Source: Psammoneis japonica
Taxonomy: Eukaryota
Length of the DNA stretch: 64,000 nucleotides
NCBI GenBank assembly: GCA_008632985.1
Contig: QPGO01000176.1
Span: 79,778-143,777 of the forward strand
Direction: 5' to 3'
Under the pieces are notes generated by a model, which made no database searches, was not told where the DNA came from, and saw only the letters and a list, made by a program, of their open reading frames with translations. Of the stretch, positions 11,030 to 24,500 are shown in pieces (within the stretch, counting starts at the first letter, position 1; each line of letters opens with the position of its first letter). Both the position numbers and the translations under genes were made by a program.

Positions 11030-14000
11030 GAATCGGCACCCGGATTCTTGAGAATCGGTTTTCACAACTTTCGTCGTGACAGATCTGCACATCGACGTGT
11101 CGGTTTGGCTGTCTGGCTTCTGCCACAAAGATGCCACCGTGCAGTGCCTCCTGTCACAGTCACCGCATCTGCCACAAAGAGTTTGTCAGCAGCTCTTCAG
11201 AGTCTTCTGTGTGTGACAAGCTCATCTCAGATGTGGCAGTGCTCCTGTGTGTGTGCATCTTTGATGGGGTGTGGCATCCAACGAATGGTGCAACAAGGAC
11301 CACACCAAACAACAAGATGACAAAAGCAGAAGTGCGGACGGACAATGTGCAAAAAGGCAGACATTGGGTGCATGACCTCATTTCTGAAGCCAGCCGACAC
11401 CACCATTGCAAAGAGCACCATCAAGAGATCCGCTCAACCTTGCCCCAGAAGCCACTGCTCACATGGCACAAAAGAGTGCATGCTTGCCAGCAAAGTCCAC
11501 TTCAAATGAGCTCCATTTGAGGCTGAATGCCAACTTGCCAAAATGGAAGCTGACAGTCTCAGATGACACCAAAAAGCCAAAGACAAACAACTCACTAAAA
11601 AACAGATGACAGCGAAACAAGCAAGAAGATCTCTGTGCTTGAAGTCACCTGAGCAGCGTGCAAGGGAGCCATGGGTGTTGTCTGCTTTGACCAGTGCCGC
11701 GACATTTGTGGACAATTTGTGTGGCTTGCACCTTGCACATGCCTCATGGTGCCACACGAGACCAGAAAGGCACAAGAGGCAACAGTGTTTCTTTGGTTGT
11801 TGGAGCACCAATGGCGCAGACTGCGCAAGAACACCAAAAGGGGTGACTGCACAAGAGCACAAGGCACTCTGCCAACAAAATCATGAGGAGCTGGGTGCAC
11901 ATTTGAACTTGGGCATTTGTGCTGCTTTTGGAGTTTGTGTTGTTCAAGAAGGGTTCTTGCTTCCTTCAGAGAAACTCCTCAAGTTGTCGCTCAGGAGCAC
12001 AGGTGAGCCTCTTGCCATCTGGCTCATTGGAGCTGTCTGATCCAGCAAAATGTTGCTGGGGCCAGCTCCTCCACAGTTGGTGAGAAAAGTCAACATTGTG
12101 CAGCTGCAGTTAGACCCACCACAAGTCATCAAAAATGGTGGGCAGGTGACTTGCAGCTCATTTTTGTCTTCTGATGAAAGACTCATCCTGCCATTTGCCA
12201 GTGCTCACAAGCTCAATTTCTGTGCTGCAAGGGTTGGTCAGCTTTTTTGGACATCAGATTTCAGAATGGCACAGACACATCAATGTGCAAAAGACAAGTT
12301 TTTTTTTGCTCTTCGGAACAAGAAAATCTGCATCCTCTGATGAGGGCAAGAGACATGGTTTGATTGGACTTCACTCAGCCACACACTCCAAAAGCTGGTG
12401 GTTGCACAATCACCATGAAGAGGAGGAGCATGAGAAGAAGGAGGTCCAACCCAATGACTGCTGCCTGTTGAATGCACTGAGCATGGAAGGGAGGCTGGGT
12501 GAACATTTCAAAGACTCATTTGTGTTGGTTGAGGGCCACATGCTGGAGAGTGTTGCCAGCTGATGCAAGGGTTGGGAACAGTTTCTTGAGGCTCCAAATG
12601 ATGGTGCACAGCTGGCAGTTCCTCCTTGGGCACTGTCACCTTCTGGCATGAGACCAACTGCTCTTTGAGTGGGAAACAACAACTGGTTGCATCATCTTTG
12701 CAACTGGCACTGATCTCATCATGTCACTCATTGGATTTTGACTGCTGTGTCCATCTGCTCTCTGATGATGTTTTCACCCCCAAACAATGAGTGGACAGAT
12801 GCCATCTTATCTGCATGATGAAGTTCAACAACATTTGTGCAAGAAATCAAGTTCCATGCTGTTTGTGTGCAAAAACCCCCCATTGTGACCAAAGCTTGGG
12901 TTGACAAGCAGGCATTCACTCAGAGACTGACCAGCAACAATCTGCTGCAGAGCACTTGCAATGTGATCATGCTGAGAGTGCTCATTCCAACATTGTGGAG
13001 TGACGATGACTGGCATGAACCCAAGTGCACTGCCAACCAACCTGAAGGCTCTGGCTGAACTTCTTGAAAGCAGGAAAACCTCTCCATCACAGAGACTCCT
13101 CTTTGGCACTGCATCTGAGTCATCACTGAAAAAGCACCTTTTCCTTCAAGCACAACCAGCAGAGACACAGGAGGCAGCAGTGCAATGCAACGTTGATGCT
13201 GCTTTTGGTTCATGTGGGACAAAGGTCAGCACCTTCTTCAAGCAATTGAACAATGATCTGCAGAGATCTTTGGGCACACACAAAAGTGCTGAGAGACAGT
13301 GTGACCAACATTTGGCAGAGCACAGCTGAAATTTGATTGATGGTGCCATTTGCAATCTGGTTGGCCACATTTTTGCTCACATTGAAGGGTTGTCACAAGT
13401 TGCCAGTGAGAGCCAACTGCTGCAGCAGGCCAGTTTCTTTTCTCAGCACTCATTGCAGCCACCCTCATTTGTCTCCAGCAAAATGCACCAACAGGTGCCA
13501 CAGCTCAGCTCATTGTTGGTGACCCAAACAACAAACAGCTGTGGACATGCTGCAGCCCTCTGGGTGGGACCATGTGAGACATCGGGCCTGCAGAACTTCA
13601 CATGCCATGAGCTCCACAGCAAGACAGTCAGGCAACAAACACACGGGTGATTGCCAGCAGGAAAAGAGGCAATTTTGCAAACAAACAAGAGAGCACTCCT
13701 TCACACTTGAAGCACATCATTTCCAGCTTGCCTGGATGTGTTCCATGGCTGCACACACACACACATGTCACACAACACAACCACAGCCATTTTTTGTTTT
13801 CAGAAATGCAGAAAGCAAAAAGCCTTTGACTTTGCAAAACAGGGAGCATGAAACAATTTTGTGGAAGATCAAGTGCACAGAAAAAATGCACATGCACTGC
13901 ATGTGGTGCATCTCAGAAAACTGTCAATGTCACAGCTCAGCAGTTCAAGGTCCCACCTGGAGCTGGGGCACACCTGTGGCACAACAGTGTTTTTCTTGAG

Positions 14001-15215
14001 GCTGGCCAAGCTTCCTTTGAAGAACAGCACAATTCTTTGTTGACAAGCACATTTTGCAACAGCAAAACAGATCATCACAAACATCCACTTTGGGCTCAGA
14101 CTGCTGTCCACTTTCCATGACACTGGAGTTTTTTGTCATGGCCACTCATGCAACACAAGCATGAGCCTTCATCAGCACCTGCTGCTCATGCTTGTTTGGT
14201 GTTTTGCAGTTGTGCTGACAGTCCAGCTGCTGCCAGCACAGCAACACCTCCAGGTTGAAGGAGGGCATCATGCACAACATTTGTGACTCTGCAACAGCAT
14301 CCTGGTGTGGTGGCTGCGGCAAATTGCATCAGCCAGCCAAATTTGCACCCGCACTTGCTCTTGGACATTGCACTGCTTGTCCAATCACTGACCAATGTTG
14401 ACTCCGCCTTGTGCACAGAGCTCCATTGTGTTTCATGCATTGCTCATCAGAGTGTTGTGTTTTAGACCATTGACAATGCTCTGACTGAAAGCTGGAGTTT
14501 GGTGTTGAAGTCAGCAGAGCCAGGAGACCCATGAGACCTTGACCATCTCCAAGCTTGAGCCCCACCTTCTGTTCTGCTGAGGACAAATTTGATGATGGTT
14601 TTTGCTGACATTGCAATGCCAAGCTTTGTGCACATGTGGCTGCCACCCAAGCTGTTTTTGCCACTGATCCTTTTCTTTTGAGTGACACAATGACAGATCA
14701 ATCCAAGCTTCAAGCTTCCCCCAGTTTCTGGTCTCACCATTCTTTGAAGCACAAACTTTGTCTTTGCATGCTCACACTTGATCAGATGATGCAGCTTTGA
14801 GGAAGGGTGTGGAGAGTGAGTTTTGGCTTCACAGGTGTTGCTCAAATTTGTCAGTCATGCCTGGCTGTCCTTGCTTGTGGATCCTCCATGGTGCTCCGTT
14901 GACAACAACAGATGGACCTTGCAAACATGTCTGCTCTCCACACAGTGCGCCACAAGCATGCCAGCTGTTGGCTTGCTGACCATGATTCCCAGATTGTTCT
15001 GCACCACACATGGTGCTCACTTGCACACCAGCAGCTTGCTCCAGCTGTGAGCAGCAGGGCACAATGGTGAAATGGGCGGAGCCCCCAACAGGGATGTCCT
15101 GATGGTGATTGTGAATTTGCAGCACAGTCTCAATTGTGCTGCAGGTGTTCTGCACATTTGAGAGCCCCAGCACACTGTCCAGAGACCACACTGCTGGTCA
15201 ATCATTTGAAAGAAG
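11030..15215. repeat. Unclassified degenerate repeat block, TpA-depleted
   Basis: About four TA dinucleotides seen in ~4.1 kb (11596, 12111, 12808, 14463); only short Cys/His-rich ORFs; no family recognised. Confidence 0.65.
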
Positions 15216-15548
15216 CTTTAGCACCGGACAAGGGTAGTCACGGGCAACAATCTCACTGTGCTTCAATTCGTTGCGTCCTGGAGCCAACTTCTTGGACCCT
15301 GGTTTTTTGAGTGCCTCTCGGAAAGAGACTGTGGCCACTGGCTTTTGCGGAAGCAAAAAACAAAAACCCTCTTCAAGATTGGAAGTCGAGCGAAGGTGGA
15401 CGTTACGAAAGAATCCCAAAACAAGGCTGAGTCTGAAATTCTTTTTCTTTTTCGACCTGGTACTTTGTTTATGATCACTGCGGTTGAAGAACACGACGAT
15501 CCCACGTTTGGAAAGTGGAAGTTTGTTTCAATGCGAGAGATTCATTAA
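15200..15548 (+). pseudogene. ADP-ribosyltransferase (C2/C3 exoenzyme-like R-S-E type) C-terminal fragment, frameshifted
   Basis: FLDPGFLSASRKETVATGF in one frame, then TLFKIGSRAKVDVTKESQNKAESEILFLFRPGTLFMITAVE in the next; resembles the (S)TS and ExE motifs of ART domains. Confidence 0.55.
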
Positions 15549-15868
15549 TTCAGGTGGTAAGCACAAGAGACGATAATGGAGCTTCGGATTTGCAAGATCA
15601 AAGGTCTATGAAGTATGAGATGTCAACCGCACGGTGTGTCGCAGAAAGGAAAATTAAAGCACGCGTCTCTCGGTGTTCGCCCTTTCCTCATACTCGTATC
15701 GTTCTTGGTAGATGGCATTGGCGGAACAAAGTGGTGGGATGATGACTCAAGGAAGAGCATGAAAGTAAAATGGAAATATCCCGTCCTATCATTACGTTAC
15801 ATATCTGAGTTGACCGTCAACGGATCCGTAAGTACGTCGCCGCCGAATCATCAAGGTAGATTCTTTCC

Positions 15869-17919
15869 TCAAAGTGGGCCGACCTTGCTGACGGAATCTC
15901 CCAACTGGATTGTGTCATTCGTAAAGTCCCGAAGACTCTTTCCCCATGGAATCCACTTTCCGTTGACAAACGTGCCATTCTGGGATTTCAAGTCGGTCAC
16001 TTGTACGGAGGAGACGCTCTTGTTTGTGACAAGATACAACTTGACACGTGCTGCGTCGGGCTCATCATCGGCAAGCCCCCCGTGTGACCGAGTACTCTTC
16101 TTTCAGGTGCGGACCCTCGATAATTACGAGACGGACTCCGGGACCATCCGACTTGACCCCGGCCGTCGGAGAAGCCCGGCGTTCTTTTCCTTTCGCCACC
16201 TTTGTGCTGTTCACATGGGTACTGCAGCCAGACTTGAAATCGACGACTCGAACGGTACTAAGTTTCTTGGTGCAGGAAAGAACAAGTTTGACGAGAGAAG
16301 CCTCCAAGTCGGAATCATTTGACAAGACAAAACTTCCTCCATTTCTCGATCGGGGGTTGCTTCCAAGGACAACAATTTCGGTAGCACCGGCTTGAAGTAC
16401 AAAGGTTCCAACACGAACTTCGGATACCGTAAGAAGGACGCCTTCTTTGGAAGCCGAGGCAACGTCACTTGAAGGGGCACGGTGCTTCAGAAACTTTTTC
16501 ATCCAGTTCCACATCGGCATCTTCAGATTCTTCCTGATCTGAAATATCCATGGCGATTGCCTCATCCTCGCTATTGTCATCTTTCTCGACGCGACGATAT
16601 ATGGTAGGCTTGGAACTGCGAGCCTGGAGAGAGGATCGCTTGGCAGCTCGCCGAGATCGCGTCAGCCTCGAGGCAGATTCCTCCGGTTCTGCATCGACAT
16701 CTGCATTGGTGGGGGCGGTAGCGATGCCGGCATGTCCAGAAACACGCTTTGGAGTCTTCTGCAGGGAAGCCTTGGCTCCAACGAACACGTCCAAACTCTT
16801 GACATGCAACTTGAGCGAGTCGTAGTCTGGTTTCTTCTTGAAATCGATGGTCCAGAAGATCTCTCTGAGATGCGAACATAAGCATTTAGCGACATGCTCA
16901 TTACCACCCACACTCAAACTTACATGCGCAGAACACTGACTTTGGGTCCTTCACTTGCTGAAACTTGATATGGAAAATATCGTGATGCGGTTTCGATTTC
17001 CCGTTGCTCCACTGAAATACTTCTTCACTTTTTGACGTGGACTTGGAGCCAAGAATGCTGGAGCAAAACAAGGAGTAGTCCTGCAATAACATATCTGAGA
17101 GCTTCCATATCATCTCTCTGGCTAAGCGTCTCGCCTCGGTGGACATTGAGAGAGGAGTAGAGAGGCGTTCCAATCAATTGCCCGCCCTCGTTCTGATAGT
17201 GTTGCGCGGAGGTATACCCAAGGGGCCTGACTAGTCCCAAATCAATCATCCGGATTCGCTTCTTACGTTTCCTGGCTGAACGAGCGAGCATGAAGTTTTC
17301 TGATTTGAAATCCACAAGCGACATCTTTTGATTGTGAACAGCTTCAATGCACGTCACTAGAGCGCACGCAACCGGACCAAAGGGAATCTTCTTCTTGGAC
17401 TTGTGCTGCTTCATCAGCAACGGAACCGCTTCCATGAGCGATCCGGCCATTCTCTCCATGACAAGAAATCGATACCTTAATAAAGCATTTCAGGGTATGG
17501 TTGAGATGACTTGAGTAAATCAATACGGATTTCAAGTAACGAGCGCGACAAAAGACTTACTATTGACATCGTCATTGCAAGGCGGAGAAGACCAGCCAGT
17601 CCCAGGCAACACAGGAATGAGCTTATCCTGCACCATGTATCAACTGGAGATGTGTATGTTACACGAGGTTCTCGTAGTACAAGAGGTCAGCGTTCGTTTG
17701 CGTTGCCGTTTTCTTCTTTTTCAGGTTTGTTGTGACAGGTGGGACAGGAGCTATCTTCACGACATGGGGCTAGCTGTCGCGTTTTGTCTCTGTCCTATAC
17801 TGCCCTTCGACTTCAACTCATATACAGTACCACAAGCACCTGAGCCAAGCTGGCGTCCAACGCGCCATTTGCATTTGCGCTTGCCCTTGAGTAAGCAGTA
17901 AGCTTTCAGGTCCGACCAT
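15869..17919 (-). pseudogene. CK1/VRK-like protein kinase with C-terminal FHA-like domains, frameshifted
   Basis: GRQLGSGACGTVYEL, VMERM, VDFKSENFML, IRMIDLGL, GTPLYSSLNVHRGETLSQRDDMEAL; C-terminal VTDLKSQNGTFVNG FHA motif; several frame breaks. Confidence 0.8.
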
Positions 17920-19419
17920 GGTCGATGCTGAAGAATCATGGAAGAATTAATTGGGATGGAGGGAGAATTTGTGGTACAAATCATGTAGAGTTCTACGCGA
18001 TTTTGAAAATTTGCCTGCGATGGACAGACAGAATTTTTTCACGCGCAGCGCAATTTCATTTCAAGTTCGCTCAACGCATTCTTCTGCTGCGGTTAATTGA
18101 GCGGTAAGGTTATGATAAGGCAGGCAGAAGTAGTACTACATGTTGGATGATGCAGCCAAGGCTTGTCTCTACACAATCATATTTTGGTCGCCATCAAGTA
18201 TCAAGTCTGGTACAGAGTTTTCTGTCGAAACTGAAGAGAAATGCGCGCATGCTGACTTTGCCAGACTTGCGCATGGTGCATACGTTTGCCTGTTGACACA
18301 ACATGTTATGTACTCTATCAGCAAGCCGCCCATCAAGTCATCGCCAGAATGAATTAATTGAGACAACCCTTGGCCACGGCAGCCCCGCATACGTCTTGTC
18401 TCCGGCTCCCCATGAAGCACTAAACGGAATAAGCAGGTGGTATCAGGTATCACTCAGAAAATTTCAGCGACAAGCTTGTAACAATCGATTATTCTTATCC
18501 ACCAAGCCGGGCCGAGCTCAATGAAACTGAAAAGTTTGACAGTAAAGTTCCGGGAATGCTTGTGATTGATACACCAGTCCACGTGTCCTTTACCAATCAT
18601 TGTTCTCGTGGATCGTCCCTTTGTGACATTACTATATTCTAGTTGTCAATCTTATGAATGGCTTGTAACAGCAGACAATCGAAAGTCTCACCAAGTTGCG
18701 TAAGCGAAGCTGTCCTTTCATTGAACAAGGTGGAAAGGTGCTATGCTTGGAAGACGTGAAAAAATACTCCTACTCGCGACGCTCTCAAGGATCACCCCGA
18801 GTGCATGATTTCAGAGTTCTCTAGTCATTCTACATAACGGAAGCAAAGGTTCAACTGCAGGAGCAGGGCTCAACTCAAACTTGTACCGGGAAATGGCAGA
18901 TGAGGATTGGACAAATTTTGACTTTGTCCCGCTCGTACCGACGTCGGCCTTGACGGGGGAGTGAGTTCAAGATGTCCTGATGCTACATTGTGATATGGCT
19001 CAACGCAAGCTATGGAAGAAAATCATGTGGTACGCCAACTTGCTGTGTACCGTACTGGAAGTGAAAGCAATCGACTGTTTAGACATGAGTGTAGATGCTC
19101 TGGAGGTGAATGGTTACCGCCCTATGAGTACGGGAGGGCGACAAGGCCGTGTTTTGTACAGTGGACTGTCCAATTGTTGCCGAAATGCTGATGCCACCAC
19201 CAAGCCGAGAAATGAGGATAAAGTATGATAACATTCATCATAAAGAAATCAAGGGAGCTCTTGGCGTCAAGATTATCGGAAACGGACTCGAGAAAGTGAT
19301 TGTCGGTACCCGGGTAATGGTAAGCTAACGATAGTCCTGCGCGTCGGACTCGTCGGCTGTGGCCTACTATCTTGGCTGTTTCTGATTCTTAGATTGTTGG
19401 AGAAGACGACGAAGAGAAA

Positions 19420-20060
19420 GATAAAGGCAGACGTCATATCTGATTTGATTGCGCTCGAAGACAAGTGGAGTACCGACAAGAAGGGAGCAATGGCCCAAGT
19501 CTCAACCTTGGGTGCACTCGAAGGGGTCCTGCAGTTCTTGAGGGAAGAAACAAACCAGCCAATACCCGTCAGTGCAATTTGAATTGGAACGGTACACAAG
19601 CGTGACGTGACGAAAATCTCCATTATGAACGAGAAAGGCTGTCCAGAGTACCCCACATTCCTTGCTTTTGATTTGACTATCTAGCGCGAGGCCCGAGAAC
19701 ATGCCAATGAGATGAGCATCCGAAATTTCACCGCCGAAATCATCATCTACCACTTGTTTGATCAGTTCGCCGTGTTCATGGACGAACTCAAAGCGGATCG
19801 CAGACGAGAGAGGCAGCAGCGTAAGTGGCAACGACGTGCTTTGTTGCGTACAAGAAGTTGCAGGTCTGCTTGATCATCTCACGCTTGATTTGTCTTTTTT
19901 ACCTAAAAGTGTCACTGTGATTCCAGCATTATCAAGATTCTGCCTCAACACATTTTCAACCGAAAGGATCCAATCATTGTCGGTGTTAAGGTTACTGAAG
20001 GTATCCTCAAAGGCGGTACTCCATTATGTACCACACCCTTATTTGAAGGTCAAGTTTGGA
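19420..20060 (+). pseudogene. eIF5B: Translation initiation factor eIF5B fragment
   Basis: AQVSTLGALEGVLQFLREE..PIPVSAI*IGTVHKRDVTKISIMNEKG and KILPQHIFNRKDPIIVGVKVTEGILKGGTPL; in-frame stops and frameshifts. Confidence 0.8.
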
Positions 20061-20229
20061 TAACCTTGACATTCTTGATTGGGCATAAGAACATCGTTGC
20101 AGCCTGTTCTGTTTTCGCCTAAGGCTTCGCATCTCAAATCAACCTGCAAAAGCATTAAATGTGAGTTAGTACTGACTTTTTTCAAAATGAGAGAGAACGA
20201 TTCAAGGAAGAATGAATGTACCTCGATAT

Positions 20230-20790
20230 CGCAGAACTCTCGTACGGTTGGTTCTTGACTCGGGGCGTCGCTAGAGGAACCGGGCTGCTACTTGGTGATG
20301 ACGATGGTGCGGGACTTGCAAGTGGAATTGCAGATGGAATGCTACTACGTAGGATCTGGCTTCTTGCTGGGTGTCGCTGATGAAGAATTGCTTGGAGTAG
20401 GACTGGCACTAGGGGATCCGCTTGGCGCACTACTTGGAGCTGCACTGGGTACAGCATTTGTTGCTGGACTCAAAGTTGGAGGCAGCGTCGTCTACTGTGT
20501 TGGTACGTTACTTGGTGCCGGGCTGGCAGCAATGCTCGGCGCGGAACTCGGAGCAGGGCTTGCGCTATGTGATCCATTTGGTGCATCGCTAGGAGCTGGG
20601 CTGCTTGCCACTTGGTATCTACTAGAAGCATCGCTTGGTGCTGGACTCGAACTTGCGAACTCGTTGCTGGACTTGCGCTGGGAACATTGCTCGGTGCAGA
20701 ACTCGGATCAGGACTTGCGCTCGGTGACTCACTCGGCGACTGACTTTTCGAGCCAGTTGAGGAAAAAGGGCGCTTGGCACCATGACATAA
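20230..20790 (-). pseudogene. Pro/Ser-rich (PSxxPS) extracellular mucin-like stalk, decayed
   Basis: Minus-strand translation rich in PSESPSASP, PSAAPSSAPSGSPS, with stops and frameshifts. Confidence 0.5.
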
Positions 20791-21189
20791 ACAAACTTAC
20801 GACGTTCGAATCTTTAGTTTCTCTGTACTAGAGAGTATAGTAGCTAGCTACTTCAGGATTGAGATGGCTCGAGCACACCCCCAGTGGCTCTGTCGATGGC
20901 TTTCTTCTCTTGCTCCGCCAGTTTTATTTAAAAAAAGATGCAGGCGATCAGCGACGAAATAGTCTGTCGACGACGAGCCTTGGGGCATGCTGAAACGAAT
21001 ACCTCAGCGTGGACCCCAGGCGAGAAGGGGATGCTGACGAGAAGACATCCAAAAGAAGGAGAGCAGTGTGGTGCAAAAACAAAATGATGACGTCAAAGTG
21101 TGCAACGGCATCGCAAGCGCTACGACCGCCATCGCAGTCCATTGACATGCGTGCAGAATAAATTACACGCAAGTGTGATTGCTGCATCG

Positions 21190-21536
21190 TGTGGGAAAGT
21201 AGCCAGAATTCTAAGATTCGTCTGCACTTTCAGTGATTAAAAGCTGTAATTGCGATACAACAATCAATCAGTAACTTTATTGTACCAAAAGTTGAGAGGT
21301 GATAATCAGTACGTTAGAAAGATTATGAGCAGTTTTTATGAGCAGATGCAGCTGCCATCTAAAGGAAACGCGAAGTTAAACAAGCGCGAAGCTAGGAACA
21401 AACATCGCATTCGTGACTCGGCTTCCGCGGGATTCGAGACTGAGCATCGCACACGGGGTTCGAATCTTGGATCTCTGATTTGAATCGTGGAGGTCCGATG
21501 TTGTTGTAAAAACATGCAAATATGAATATTGTCACA
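21190..21536 (-). repeat. 3' LTR of the young copia element
   Basis: TGTGGGAAAG...TTGTCACA, 347 bp; aligns without gaps to 27414-27760 with 17 substitutions; PPT GAAGGGAG on the minus strand at 21537-21544. Confidence 0.97.
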
Positions 21537-21579
21537 CTCCCTTCAACAATGTCGGGTGGAATGATGACTCGAAAACGTC

Positions 21580-24500
21580 TTACCACTTAAGGAGCGATTT
21601 CCTGTGTTTAACGAAGAGATTCTGTGGTAGAGGTTTGGTGAAAATGTCTGCAATCTGATCCGCCGTATCAATTGGTAGAATTGATATGAGACCTTTGCGA
21701 ACATGGTCTTTAAAGTGGTGGAGAGTGAGGTTGAAGTGTTTTGTCCGAGGACGCATCTTAGGCAATCTCGCGATCTCCAATGCTCCAGAATTGTCTTCAA
21801 AAGCCTTACAATAACAATGTACGACTGGTGTCTTGGAAGGGACATTATGACCGTGATCCATAAATTCTTGAATTAGGTTCATAATTGGGATGGCGCTTCG
21901 AAGACTTTCCGAAAGAGCGATAAATTCAGCTTCAGTAGTGCTGAGCGCGATCTGAGTCTGTAGCTTGGACGTCCAGACAATCGGACATCCTGCATAGGTG
22001 ATGACAAACCCAGTTCGAGATTTGGAAGTGCCGACGTCATCGGGTGCAGTCAGCTTATTCCAATTGCCCACAAAGTCCGCGTCGGCGTGAACTTCAAGGG
22101 ACTTGTCCGTTGAGGGCTGTAGTATAATACCTTCAGTTCTGGTTGACCTTAGGTACTTACAGAGCCATAGTACGGCTTCACCGTGAGAAACCTTGGGATC
22201 GGAAGAAAAGCGTGCGACTTGGTGCACCGCGTAAGCGACATCCGGTCGAGTGCTCTTCTCCAGAAAATTGAGCTTGCCGATGATGGATCGGTAATGAAAG
22301 CTCCCTTGGAAAGCAGGCTCACTCATATGCCTGTGGAGGATCTTGGAGGAAGGAGCAGGAGTAGGCTTATCTGGTAGTCTCTTTGGAATGTTGGCCATCT
22401 CCAGCATCTGATTGATAAGGTGAGGTTGGGTAAGTTTCATTCTGCCGTCTGGTAGTGTCTCGACGTTGACACCGAGATAGTCGTCCAGAGTGCCTTGATC
22501 ATCAATGTCAAAATTCTCATCTCTGACATCCTGTATCGCCTTGTCAACAGCAGACTTGTCAGGGGATGCAAAGATGCCGTCATCGACATAATGGATGAAA
22601 ATGACATTGCCACGAAAATGCAGGCACTCATCAACCGCCGATTGTACGAAACCAATCCTTAACAATCCATCACGTAAGTGTTCTTGCCATACTCTCCCTG
22701 CTTGCTTTTGTCCATATAAGTTCTTGAGCAACTTCAGAACATGAGTCTTGCCATTGCCACATTTTGTTTCAATTCCTGCAGGTAACTCCATGTGCATGTC
22801 ATGTTCGATATCGGCATGCGGATGCGCCAGAACGAAGTCGACTTGGCGTGTATGCCACTTCTTAAGAATGGCAATGATCAGCAGGAGCCGGACAGTGAAC
22901 CAGAAGACCACGGCAGAGTAGGTCTGGAAGTGGTTGACAGCATGCTCTTGCTTTCCGCCGTGCACATTAAGTCGGGACTTCCATTTGTAGACGGCTTGGG
23001 TCTTAACATCTCTTTTGCGCTTCATAGACCATGCCGAAGGGAGAACATCAACATCGTCAGGTACGTCCTCTCTTGGAATGAGTATCCAATGTTTCCTTTC
23101 AATGTGATCATTGACCTCCTTAACACAGGCCTTGATAAATTCGTCTCTGTCAGGTTCACGCATAGCCTGATCAAAGTACATGGTGTCGGGGTCCGAGCTC
23201 GCCAGAAAAGAGACAGGTGAGTCCATATCGTCCTGCAGTTTGTAATCATCCTCGTGCATCGCATCATAATATGCCTCTGCCTCTGCATTGTAGGAGACAA
23301 TGCCTTGAGCCCGTTGCAGTTGGCTCTCGCGCATCCTTTCGGTCGGGCGTCGTTGTCGGCCGGACCTGCTGGCACTGGGTTGACCCATAGTGCGCTGTGG
23401 GTCAGATGGTGCGTCAGAATCATCTGGAGGCGTGTATAGCATTTCATCATCCGGTTGGGCATTATCAAATGAGTCATCAGTGGTAGACGTATCAGTAGGA
23501 TGCAGCAGCTGAGACGGGACATCCGAATTCGGCTCAGGTGGTTCCGTTGTGGCAGGGACTGATCCCTCAACCGGTACGTCACTTGATTTCCCAAAGATGT
23601 TGAAAGCACTCCTTGTCTTGAGTTGTCTGAAACCTGTAATGCCTTGCCATTGTGAGAATGTAGGAGGATTCCCAGCAAAAGGGCGAACGGTCTCAAAGAA
23701 GTCGTCAAATTGTACGTGAAATTGCGGCGATACGAGTCCGGTCTGCAAATTCAAAACCAAGGTAACTGAACCTGCGTGTCTTGTTGATGGTCCCAAATTG
23801 ATTCCTAACCTTGCCCTTGGGTCCCACTTAGGCAGCCTACCTCCTCCCTGCAACCGGTTGTGCAAGGCGTAGACGGGACAGCCGAAGGTATGGTGTTGTT
23901 TGAGATTAGGCTGGACCTTGACGGACGAGAAACGTTCCAGCGGAGAAGAGCCGTCCTCGTGATTCGGTAAGTGATTCTTGATCTCGTTTGAGTTCCTGAG
24001 AGCGCTTGGCCATAAGTTCAACTCAATAGCCGTTGGCCATCTCACTTTTGCATGCAGGAGTTGCTTCCGAGATTGCTCTTGGAGGTCCCTTATTCTTTTC
24101 TCCGCGATGCCGTTTTGGAAGTGGGCGTTGACCCCACAATAGGATATTGTTTGCTGTTGCTTCTTGACGTCTTGTATGAAAGCATTGTCAGCAAATCTTC
24201 CATTGTCGGCGTGGCAGTGTTGAATACGGACGTGCATCCGGCGTGCGAATGCCTCGAAAGCGTGCTTGGCTTCGAGCGTCTCGGCTGAGGTAAGTCCTTT
24301 CTGCAAATATATGTATCCCAATCCGCTGAAATGATCAACAAAAATTGTCGCTGCTCGATGCCTTTGTTTCGTAGGTCTCCCTTTGAGCTGTGGGATCAAT
24401 CCAGGAGTAGGACTCTCGAGCTGGTCGACGGATGCGGCTTCTCCAGGCGAAGTTGCCAAGTGGATTCGTCGGTTCCGCTTGGACTTGGAGCGCCATGGTC

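Noticed and set aside
18100..19300. Possible further gene fragments
   Set aside because: No motif I could recognise with confidence
20292..20831. Gly/Leu/Ala-rich plus-strand ORF as a membrane protein
   Set aside because: Antisense of a Pro/Ser repeat relic
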